A stretch of 64,000 nucleotides of DNA from Candidatus Methanophagaceae archaeon (GTDB taxonomy: Archaea; Halobacteriota; Syntropharchaeia; Alkanophagales; Methanospirareceae), in NCBI GenBank assembly GCA_003194435.1, contig PQXC01000005.1, forward strand, positions 30,110 to 94,109, in the 5' to 3' direction. Shown piece after piece: positions 37,309-45,895 of this stretch. Positions within the stretch are counted from its first letter, which is position 1. Every line of letters begins with the position of its first letter. The notes below the pieces were generated by a model that saw nothing but the letters and a program-made list of their open reading frames with translations, made no database searches and was not told the origin of the DNA. The position numbers and the translations under genes were made by a program.

Positions 37309-39465
37309 TTATGTATTACCTTCGACCAATAAAATTTGTTGGAAATGAATTGACAGGCATCTGGTATCTATACTGTTTATAACATCACAAGGTCTCTGGC
37401 ATCCATCTGGTGTGTAGAATCTTATTACATTTTCGCCTTTCTTCAGTTCAATCGGTATTCTAATTTCCATAGGGCTTCTTGTGACTATCTGCCTGTGGAT
37501 TAACCCTTTGTTTAAGTAAACCTGTAAAGTTCTTGACTTATAGAAGCTTGTAGCCTTAAAGGATAGAATTGACGAGTTTTCTTGTGGTGTGTAAATAAAT
37601 AAGGTCGCATTATTTGACATCCAAGTATTATATATCTCACCATTTTTGTACTCAAAACGATAAAATCCTGTATGAGGTAATACTTGAATATTAGTTGCAA
37701 CATTGGATCTATACAATTTCATTCCATCTGATGAAACTGCCACAATTTCATAAGTAAGCGGTTTGTTGCTGACGATATACTTGATATCTGCACTAAAATT
37801 TGTGCTGAGAGAACCATAGATAAAATTCATTGGCATTCCCCAAAACTTGATGAGGCAATGATCTCCGGTGTACGGGTTAATAAAACACTCTTTGTCCATA
37901 AATATCAATTCTCCCTCTGCGGCATTATTTATTAACCATTTTCCGATTTCGTTTACATTTTCTCTGTCATTGCTAACCATTTGCAACCAATTATACGAAG
38001 GAATGCTAATTATTATAGAAAAAACAATTAGAATTATAATTAAAAATACGATTAAAAAACTTGTTTTCTTAGAAATATTTAAAAATAGTAATAGGATTGT
38101 AGCAATGATAGCAATTAAAACGGGTAGGAAAACAGCGATATCTTGAAAAACAGCCTTACCTGGGTCAATGAGATAATGTGATTGCATAACGATGGCTCTC
38201 ATATAATAAATGGACATAATATTAGGTACTTTATATTCAGCATAATAAGGATAGGTAGTAACAAAAAATAGGAATACAAAAGCACTTATAACTAACAACT
38301 TTTTAAAAAGTTTTTTGCGTTCATAGTTTAAGTCAATAATATTATTGCATAAACGTTTATCTAATGCAATCAACCCAATTATAAATATGGTGGGTAAAAC
38401 AGGATCAATATATCTCCCCCAAATAAAGTAATACATATGCTGTGGATGGGAAGGATTTCCAGCAAAAGGCAACATATGTGAAACAGTTATAAGTATGGAT
38501 AGAAGTCCATAAATGGAACTGTATAGCATGTACATTTTTATGGACGATTTTAATTTTCTCCAGTGTAATATTGCAAATACAAAAAATATAAAAAATATAA
38601 AATATGAAGCAAGTATCAAATAATCTATTTCATGAGCTATTAATTTTAAAAATAGAATAAAATTTTTGATATTATCAAAGGAAGATAACAAATTCTGAAG
38701 ATAGAAGTTGGTATTGTATTTATACATGCTCGAATTATATACATTTTTTGAGCCTAACCATAAGCCCAATAATATCGCAGGTGTAATTATCAAAAAAGCT
38801 TTCTGTCTTAGAAAGCCAATTCTGTCGCCGTTTCTCTCAGTTAAAATTTTGTAAAGTGCTACTCCAAAAAATGACAAAAAAGCAGCAATTCCGAAAGCTC
38901 TAATTAGAATTAAGTAGAACAATACGAAACCCGTAAGAATGTGCAGGAACTTATTGTCTTTCTCAAATGATTTTAAAATTAAAAAGCCTGAAAGTAAATA
39001 AAGAGGTATATATGTATTTTCACTCAGTATCATAAAACTATACAACGTATTTGCTGGTAGTAGTGCTATAAGGACAGCCCCTAAAATTGCTAAATCTCGC
39101 TTGATGTAGTCTTTTAGGATAAAATACGCTATAAAAAGAACTGAAGTAGAGAGCAAAGCGTTAATTAGCAATATACTCCTATACACTAATTCCATGTTAG
39201 GATAGAAAATGAAGGCAGGGGTGAGTATTAGTGGATATCCAGGTGGATATACTTGGTACTTGTCCGGCACTAATAAACACAGAGGATTTGACAAAATATC
39301 TTTTGCATAAGAGGCATATAACCATTCATCTCCAAAAACAAAAGGTGTGGGAAACCGCAAAGATAAAAATATTTTAATTAAAACAATTATTAGAAAGGCT
39401 GATAGCAAGAATAGATTATTCTTCTCGGTTATATAATTCCTAAATCTGAACAACGTAGACCACAT
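37309..39465 (-). CDS. GT-C fold membrane glycosyltransferase (ArnT/PMT-like) with a C-terminal extracytoplasmic domain
   Basis: 718 aa with more than 10 TM helices. An acidic 'FGDEWLY' motif sits in the first loop. The ~200-aa soluble C-terminus looks beta-rich. The sequence looks extremely AT-rich. Confidence 0.6.
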   Translation of the reverse strand: MWSTLFRFRNYITEKNNLFLLSAFLIIVLIKIFLSLRFPTPFVFGDEWLYASYAKDILSNPLCLLVPDKYQVYPPGYPLILTPAFIFYPNMELVYRSILLINALLSTSVLFIAYFILKDYIKRDLAILGAVLIALLPANTLYSFMILSENTYIPLYLLSGFLILKSFEKDNKFLHILTGFVLFYLILIRAFGIAAFLSFFGVALYKILTERNGDRIGFLRQKAFLIITPAILLGLWLGSKNVYNSSMYKYNTNFYLQNLLSSFDNIKNFILFLKLIAHEIDYLILASYFIFFIFFVFAILHWRKLKSSIKMYMLYSSIYGLLSILITVSHMLPFAGNPSHPQHMYYFIWGRYIDPVLPTIFIIGLIALDKRLCNNIIDLNYERKKLFKKLLVISAFVFLFFVTTYPYYAEYKVPNIMSIYYMRAIVMQSHYLIDPGKAVFQDIAVFLPVLIAIIATILLLFLNISKKTSFLIVFLIIILIVFSIIISIPSYNWLQMVSNDRENVNEIGKWLINNAAEGELIFMDKECFINPYTGDHCLIKFWGMPMNFIYGSLSTNFSADIKYIVSNKPLTYEIVAVSSDGMKLYRSNVATNIQVLPHTGFYRFEYKNGEIYNTWMSNNATLFIYTPQENSSILSFKATSFYKSRTLQVYLNKGLIHRQIVTRSPMEIRIPIELKKGENVIRFYTPDGCQRPCDVINSIDTRCLSIHFQQILLVEGNT

Positions 39466-39552
39466 GTCTTTTTTTATTAATCGAATGCTGGTTTGAATAA
39501 CGCTGCTAGTTCAGGGATTGAGTTCATGTTTATCATCAATGTTTAAACACCC

Positions 39553-40176
39553 TTATATAACTTTCGCATCATTTTGAATTTCGCACAATGCCACTAACCA
39601 TAGCGCTGATGCTTTTAATTTGATTTTACAAAGATTTTGTCTCTCTAAAAACGCTCTAAAACTGTTTTTTGTCCAATGATTTAAATGACCGGGAGTGTTA
39701 CCAATATCTTTCAAATATTTTAATCTCAGAATATTGACAAATCTAAAAAAAGGTTCATTTGGAACGCTGAAAAACAGGTATTTGTTTGAGACTTTCTTCA
39801 TCTCCTCTATTGCTTTTTCTGGGTTATGTAAGTGCTCTAAAATCTCGATAGCAAAAACAAGATCATAAAATTTATTATAGCAACTTAATTTGTATATTGA
39901 TTTCACGGAGAATTTTATAGAGGGATGTAAAACTCGTGCAATCTCAATAATTTTCTCACTGACATCAGCCCCTTCAACATTAATTCCGAGGTCGTTTATA
40001 TGCTGTGTAACGTATCCTTCTCCACAGCCGATTTCTAAAGCGCTATTAATTTCATCTTTAATTGGATTTATATCAAAGCATCAAAATCTTTAAAGTATAA
40101 TTTCATTAGAGCCTTTACAAACGGATTTTTATTTTCATACTTATTGTAAATGTTGCCCCTTCATAATTTGCCTTCA
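39553..40176 (-). pseudogene. Class I SAM methyltransferase disrupted by at least two frameshifts
   Basis: Three minus-strand frames join to one methyltransferase: 'MKANYEGATFT' / 'NKYENKNPFVKALMKLYFKDFDALI*' / 'DINPIKDEINSALEIGCGEGYVTQHINDLGINVEGADVSEKIIEIAR...FAIEILEHLHNPEKAIEEM...'. Only the last part (39553..39906) appears as an ORF in the track. Confidence 0.6.
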
Positions 40177-40234
40177 TTTCTATACACCACCAGTTGGTTC
40201 AGTCCGAACTCAAATGTTTCATAATGTTCCAATT

Positions 40235-40714
40235 TTAAACCAATTTTTTTGAGATACGAAGAAAATCCGATTTATTTAATAAGTCCTGATGCTCTTCCAA
40301 TGCCTCTCTGCTAAATAATTTGAATTTTGATCCTATCGTAAGAATTTTATTTGCTTTAGGTGTTGGCGTTGTAATTATCATCAATCCACCATCTTGTAAA
40401 TATTTTTGGAGTTTTATTAATGTTTGAACTGGATTCTCCAGATGCTCAATCACTGCTGCCAATACAACAGTATCAAACTTACAATTTTTGTTCTCAAATT
40501 CGTCTAAAGAATAAAATTTTGCATTTTTACGCTCCGCATTAACTTCTTTAGCAGACTCTATTACTTTTTTATCGATGTCTATGCCAACATATTCCTTCTC
40601 TGGAAGCATTGTTGCTAATTTTCCATATCCACAACCAAAATCTAAAATTTTGTCGCCTGTAGCATATTTTCTGATTTTGCTCATCCTCCATTTTTCAAGT
40701 AAAGGTGATAACAA
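40235..40714 (-). CDS. Class I SAM-dependent methyltransferase
   Basis: 159 aa. Shows 'KILDFGCGYGKLA', 'GIDID' and 'AAVIEHLENP'. Confidence 0.75.
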   Translation of the reverse strand: MLSPLLEKWRMSKIRKYATGDKILDFGCGYGKLATMLPEKEYVGIDIDKKVIESAKEVNAERKNAKFYSLDEFENKNCKFDTVVLAAVIEHLENPVQTLIKLQKYLQDGGLMIITTPTPKANKILTIGSKFKLFSREALEEHQDLLNKSDFLRISKKLV

Positions 40715-40719
40715 GCCTG

Positions 40720-41631
40720 TTATCTGGCTCGGGTATGTTCATTACTTCCCGTGGTGATTCCCAGAAAGTAGCCAAAAATTCCTGGTAATAATGTAATTGA
40801 AAGGAATAAAAGTATTGAAAATGAGAAACCGTACGCTCCATTCTCTCCCAGTAATATAAAACAAATCGTAGCGACAGATTCCCTTAAACCCAAGCCGGAT
40901 ATGGTGATAGGAACATTTCCCAAAAGAATGATAAGCGGGAGTGTAATAACTGCCAATGTGTTGACATCTAAGGAGAGTAACAAGAAGGTTGCTAAAATAT
41001 AGACGATTAAATAGTAGCAGATTGTTAAAATAGTCACTTTGAACATAACTCCTTTATCTTTAACTAATTTCATGAATTTATCAACATATATATCCACATT
41101 TTCATCTTTGATTTTGAACGGTTTAGTGATGAGATAAATAAATCGTTTTTTAGTTAGTAACCATGTGCCTAAAAGAACAACAAATGCACAGATTAGAATT
41201 ATGTATTTAAATGCAGAATAATCATTAAAAAAAAAGATGACCGTTAAAAGGCTCAATAAAACTAATATAACAATATCTATGATTTTCTCAATTAAAATCG
41301 TTGGAATTGTCACAGATTTTTTCTCGTCTAAATGAAAGGCTCTCCCTATCTCACCCACCTTTCCGGGTGTAACTAACCCATAAAAAACACCAATTATCAG
41401 TATCTTGAATAAATTAACAAATGGCTTTTTTATTTTTATCGAATCGAGTAAAATGCTCCATTTGTAAGTTCTAATTATGTAGAGTATAGGAACAAAAAAT
41501 ATAGCTATTACAAGGTATGATAGGTGCAGAGAAGATAAAATATCCATTACCTCAAAAAGATTTATTTTTTTAAATAATACGATAGACAGAAGTATGGTTA
41601 GCCCAATTTTTAGAAGAGGTTCTTTTCTCAT
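40720..41631 (-). CDS. Flippase-like (UPF0104/LPG-synthase TM region) membrane protein
   Basis: 303 aa with ~8 TM segments and 'TPGKVGEIGRAFHL'. It is translationally coupled to the upstream GT2 gene (4-nt overlap). Confidence 0.5.
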   Translation of the reverse strand: MRKEPLLKIGLTILLSIVLFKKINLFEVMDILSSLHLSYLVIAIFFVPILYIIRTYKWSILLDSIKIKKPFVNLFKILIIGVFYGLVTPGKVGEIGRAFHLDEKKSVTIPTILIEKIIDIVILVLLSLLTVIFFFNDYSAFKYIILICAFVVLLGTWLLTKKRFIYLITKPFKIKDENVDIYVDKFMKLVKDKGVMFKVTILTICYYLIVYILATFLLLSLDVNTLAVITLPLIILLGNVPITISGLGLRESVATICFILLGENGAYGFSFSILLFLSITLLPGIFGYFLGITTGSNEHTRAR

Positions 41632-42557
41632 TTTTTCAGCCTGTACAAAATCTCTTCTTCCAGCATCCTCTGGGTTTTTAGCGTGTCCGCAAGCAATCCA
41701 AGTACAATCACCTGTAGGCCAACAACAATTAATACAGTAGCGAGGACAGCCGAAGGCAGGTAAGGTGTAACCATGCCGGTAGCAAAATAATGTATCAATA
41801 CTCTGAATCCAAATATCAATCCAATTAATATTATTGCACCACCTATCGCTGTAAAAACTCTAAAAGGATGATAATCTCTATAACTTCTAATAATTGTGTT
41901 ACCAGCAGATTTCGCATAGCCCAATAAACTAGAGATTAATCTGGATTCGCCCTCTCTCCTTCTAAATTCTATAGGTATCTGCTCCACTGTTAGGTTCTTA
42001 TTAGCAGCCTGTATCAGTGTCTCTTGTACATAGGTATAATTACCGGTTAAATTCATTCGTAAGGCAGCTTCTCTTGAAAACGCTCTGAACCCAGTTTGCG
42101 CATCTCTAATTGGTAAGCCAGTTACCTGCCTCGTCACCCATGTAGCGAGTTTATTTCCTAATTTTTTCCCAATAGGCATGTGGTCTAAGGTATTTATTTG
42201 CCGGTCTCCCAACACCATATCTGCCTTTCCATTGATGATTGGCTCTATTAATTCCGGTATCTCCTTTGCATTATATTGGAAATCTGCATCTATGTTTACT
42301 ATGATGTCTGCTCCCATTTTCAGTGCTTCTTCCAATCCATCTCTGAAACTTATTCCTAAACCAAGATTTTTCTTATGAGAAATTATTTTATCCGCACCAG
42401 CCTTTCTTGCCACTTCCACCGTGTTGTCTATTGAGCCATCATTGATGACTAAAACCTCTATTCGATCAATTCCATCTATTCTACGAGGTATTTCGTTTAT
42501 AACTTTGCCGATTGTTTCTTCTTCGTTATAGGCTGGGATTGTAATTATTATTTTCAT
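41628..42557 (-). CDS. GT2 glycosyltransferase (dolichyl/polyprenyl-phosphate glycosyltransferase-like) with 2 C-terminal TM helices
   Basis: 309 aa. Shows 'IIITIPAYNEEETI', 'INDGSIDNT' and 'IDADFQY'. Confidence 0.85.
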   Translation of the reverse strand: MKIIITIPAYNEEETIGKVINEIPRRIDGIDRIEVLVINDGSIDNTVEVARKAGADKIISHKKNLGLGISFRDGLEEALKMGADIIVNIDADFQYNAKEIPELIEPIINGKADMVLGDRQINTLDHMPIGKKLGNKLATWVTRQVTGLPIRDAQTGFRAFSREAALRMNLTGNYTYVQETLIQAANKNLTVEQIPIEFRRREGESRLISSLLGYAKSAGNTIIRSYRDYHPFRVFTAIGGAIILIGLIFGFRVLIHYFATGMVTPYLPSAVLATVLIVVGLQVIVLGLLADTLKTQRMLEEEILYRLKK

Positions 42558-42733
42558 CTCTGAAAAAACACCCCACCTTATATCTTACTTTCCTCCTTCA
42601 TTTATATTTAACCTTGCTCTGGAGATACACTTGAACACATGCTCAAAAAAGGCGGATTGAAGATGAACGTCGAGAATGCGCTGAAACTGCTGGGTAAGGT
42701 GAAGTATGTTGTAGTCAGAAAATCACCTTCAAA

Positions 42734-43516
42734 TCATCTCCGCCACCGCAATCGCAATCGCCACCGCGATGCAAATGAGACAAATACAACAGCAATAGCC
42801 ACAGCTACCAAGCTCATAGTGAACCCGCCTGCTGCTGGCTTCGGTGAAGGCGTCTCATACAGTCTTCTTATGTTACTACTTCTGTTCATCATCACATCCG
42901 CCACCGCAATAGCGAACTCGGTAGCATATTCCGGTCCCTTTGCTGTTACTATATTACCTGAGACCACCACACCTTTATCCTGATACTTCCCACCATTCTT
43001 TATCAGTTCCTCTTTCGCTGTTATGAACGCCGTACACTCTTTATCACGCAGAATACCCGCTCGTGCCAGCACCACTGGCGAGAGACAAATTGCAGCCACC
43101 GTCATATGGCTATCATAAGCCGCTCTAACCATGTCCCTCAGGTCGCTGTCATCCCATAGATATCGCATCGAGCCGACACCACCCACAATCACAATCGCAT
43201 CATACTCTGAGAGGTTCACATCACTAATCGAAAGATTTACAGCCACTTCACCGCCAGACATACCACGCGCTATGCCTGTTGTACATGTACGTGTACTCGC
43301 TACCACCACCTCCGCACCTAACTCCTTAAATATGCCCGAAGACACCGATAGCTCATCCTCTTTGTACCCCTCCGGAGCTACCACCATCAAGACACGCTTA
43401 CCCTCAAGCTCCTTGCCCATTACAGGGGCAGGGCTCAGGCTCAGTGACATGAGTAGAGCAACCAGAACTAAAACAAAAGCCAACACTGGCACTGCCCCTG
43501 CCACTAATCCTCTCAT
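42734..43516 (-). CDS. Secreted or anchored DJ-1/PfpI-family protein
   Basis: 260 aa. It has an N-terminal signal-like segment, and the DJ-1 core includes the nucleophile-elbow Cys ('VAAICLSPVVLARAG'). The C-terminal tail 'PSPKPAAGGFTMSLVAVAIAVVFVSFASRWRLRLRWRR' resembles a PGF-CTERM sorting signal. Confidence 0.7.
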   Translation of the reverse strand: MRGLVAGAVPVLAFVLVLVALLMSLSLSPAPVMGKELEGKRVLMVVAPEGYKEDELSVSSGIFKELGAEVVVASTRTCTTGIARGMSGGEVAVNLSISDVNLSEYDAIVIVGGVGSMRYLWDDSDLRDMVRAAYDSHMTVAAICLSPVVLARAGILRDKECTAFITAKEELIKNGGKYQDKGVVVSGNIVTAKGPEYATEFAIAVADVMMNRSSNIRRLYETPSPKPAAGGFTMSLVAVAIAVVFVSFASRWRLRLRWRR

Positions 43517-43607
43517 CCTCTATCTATCCTCTACCTCCCTTTTGGTTCTTTTTCTACTCGTATTTTGTATTTTATTTCATAGCTCTTCAATATCCTCAAT
43601 ATATCTC

Positions 43608-43841
43608 TTATCTCTCAACTTTTTCAATATTCTCTTCTAAAAGGTCTGGTTCACTGTATCCTTCATAAAAGCACTGTTCTTGTAGATGATGGTCCCTTGC
43701 CGAGAACCTATCTACCAATCCCTTCTCTCTTATGAGTTCATCCTGTTTCTCCAGTTCTCTTAACCTCACGTTTCTTTTGGCAAACAGTTCATTTGTGCCT
43801 AATACAACAGAAATCCATGCATTCTCGCTCGCATCGCGCAT
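43608..43841 (-). CDS. PaREP1/HEPN-like small protein (copy A)
   Basis: 77 aa. Shows 'DASENAWISVVLGTNELFAKR...RFSARDHHLQEQCFYEGY'. The assignment is tentative and rests on the 'ASEK.W.A' and 'LH..FYE' pattern. Confidence 0.45.
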   Translation of the reverse strand: MRDASENAWISVVLGTNELFAKRNVRLRELEKQDELIREKGLVDRFSARDHHLQEQCFYEGYSEPDLLEENIEKVER

Positions 43842-44120
43842 TTTTATGTGGTTATTCTCTTTACAACCCTCTTCAAACTCTTTTTTTCGCCTCCTCCTAC
43901 ATCTCTTTCGCCTCTTCTATGTATTTGCTCATTTCAAGCGCTTACCCTCAAGCTCCTTGCCCATTACAGGGGCAGGGCTCAGGCTCAGTGACATGAGTAG
44001 AGCAACCAGAACTAAAACAAAAGCCAATATTGGCACTGCCCCTGCCACTAATCCTCTCATCCTCTATCTATCCTCTACCTCCCTTTTGGTTCTTTTTCTA
44101 CTCGTATTTTGTATTTTATT

Positions 44121-44378
44121 TCATAGCTCTTCAATATCCTCAATATATCTCTTAACTTTTTCAATATTCTCTTCTAAAAGGTCTGGTTCACAGTATCCTT
44201 CATAAAAGCACTGTTCATGTAGATGATGGTCCCTTGCCGAGAACCTATCTACCAATCCCTTCTCTCTTATGAGTTCATCCTGTTTCTCCAGTTCTCTTAA
44301 CCTCACGTTTCTTTTGGCAAACAGTTCATTTGTGGCTAATACAACAGAAATCCATGCCTTCTCACTCGCATCGCGCAT
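44121..44378 (-). CDS. PaREP1/HEPN-like small protein (copy B)
   Basis: 85 aa paralogue of copy A, with a different C-terminus caused by the 7-bp indel. 'RDHHLH' fits R-x4-H. Confidence 0.45.
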   Translation of the reverse strand: MRDASEKAWISVVLATNELFAKRNVRLRELEKQDELIREKGLVDRFSARDHHLHEQCFYEGYCEPDLLEENIEKVKRYIEDIEEL

Positions 44379-44470
44379 TTTTATGCGATTATTCTCTTTA
44401 CAACCCTCTTCAAACTCTTTTTTTCGCCTCCTCCTACATCTCTTTCGCCTCTTCTATGTATTTGCTCATT

Positions 44471-45871
44471 TCAAGCCCTTTTCCTATACTTTGGATGATA
44501 CTTCTTTATTATGTGCTCATCAATACGCTTGAGCTCCCCTTCCGGCAGTGTTGCAAGTAAATCCCAGCCAATGTCCAGTGTCTCTTCTATACTCCGCTCC
44601 TCGTTCTTACCCTGCGTGACAAACCTCTTCTCAAAGACATCAGCGAACTCCAGGTATTTTTTGTCACGGCTTGTTAGTGCCTCCTCGCCAACCACCGCCA
44701 CCAGGTCACGCATATCTCGTCCTTCCGCATAGCCCGCATATAGCTGATTCGATACGCCCGCATGGTCCTCTCTCGTCCTTCCTGGTCCTATACCCTCATC
44801 CATCAACCTGGATAGCGACGGTAATACATCCACCGGTGGGTATATACCACGCCTGTGCAGGTCTCGCGATAGAACAAACTGACCCTCGGTTATATAGCCC
44901 GTCAGATCTGGTATGGGATGCGTTATGTCGTCATCTGGCATACTCAGTATTGGTATCTGCGTAATTGACCCTTTACGTCCCCTTATTCGACCTGCTCGTT
45001 CGTAAATCGTTGATAGATCGGTGTACATGTAGCCTGGATAGCCACGCCTGCCCGGTACCTCCTCGCGTGCCGCAGAAATCTCTCGCAATGCCTCACAGTA
45101 GTTCGTCATGTCTGTAAGAATCACCAGTATGTGCATATCATACTCATATGCAAGGAACTCGGCAGTTGTCAACGCCATTCGTGGCGTTATCACGCGTTCA
45201 ATTGCGGGGTCGTCCGCGAGATTGATGAATGCAACTATACGTTCGATTGCACCTGTGCGTTCGAAATCGCGAATAAAGAAAGAAGCCTCCTCATGTGTAA
45301 TCCCCATTGCAGCAAATACGACCGAAAACGGCTCCCCAGTCGTCAATACCTTCGCCTGCCTCGCTATCTGGGCAGCAAGGGCGTTATGCGGCATACCCGC
45401 ACCTGAGAATATCGGTAACTTCTGACCCCGCACAAGTGTGTTCATGCCATCAATGGTGGATATCCCGGTCTGTATGAATTCACGTGGATAATCACGTGCA
45501 GTGGGATTTATCGCAGCACCAATGATCGGCAGGCGCTCCTCCGCTATCACCTCCGGTCCTCCATCACGCGGATTGCCCAGACCATCGAAGAACCGTCCAA
45601 CCATATCCTGCGCAACACTTATTCGCATAATATCGCCGGTGAATCTCACCCGAGTCCTTGATGTGTCTATGCCGGAAGTACCCTCGAAGACCTGTACCAC
45701 AGCAAGTCCCCTGCTCGCTTCCAGCACCTGCCCCGTCTTCTCTTCACCCTCCGGCGTTACTACTTTCACCACCTCTCCGTATGACACGCCCTCTACTCCT
45801 TCCACCACAATTAAAGGACCCGCTGCCTCTTTTATCGTGGTGTATTCCCTTGCCGATATATCTACCGCCAT
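44471..45871 (-). CDS. atpB: A1Ao (V-type) ATP synthase subunit B
   Basis: 466 aa. Shows '[18 protein letters not shown]', '[15 protein letters not shown]' and '[14 protein letters not shown]'. Confidence 0.95.
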   Translation of the reverse strand: MAVDISAREYTTIKEAAGPLIVVEGVEGVSYGEVVKVVTPEGEEKTGQVLEASRGLAVVQVFEGTSGIDTSRTRVRFTGDIMRISVAQDMVGRFFDGLGNPRDGGPEVIAEERLPIIGAAINPTARDYPREFIQTGISTIDGMNTLVRGQKLPIFSGAGMPHNALAAQIARQAKVLTTGEPFSVVFAAMGITHEEASFFIRDFERTGAIERIVAFINLADDPAIERVITPRMALTTAEFLAYEYDMHILVILTDMTNYCEALREISAAREEVPGRRGYPGYMYTDLSTIYERAGRIRGRKGSITQIPILSMPDDDITHPIPDLTGYITEGQFVLSRDLHRRGIYPPVDVLPSLSRLMDEGIGPGRTREDHAGVSNQLYAGYAEGRDMRDLVAVVGEEALTSRDKKYLEFADVFEKRFVTQGKNEERSIEETLDIGWDLLATLPEGELKRIDEHIIKKYHPKYRKRA

Positions 45872-45895
45872 TTATTTTATTCACCTCTTCTCACT

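Larger units (their letters stand above)
43396..44476. repeat. Tandem duplication, two units of ~540 bp (43396-43939 and 43940-44476)
   Basis: The units are near-identical by eye, differing by a handful of substitutions and one 7-bp indel. Each unit holds the first ~40 codons plus the upstream region of the DJ-1 gene, one PaREP1-like ORF, and the last 6 nt of atpB including its stop. Confidence 0.85.
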
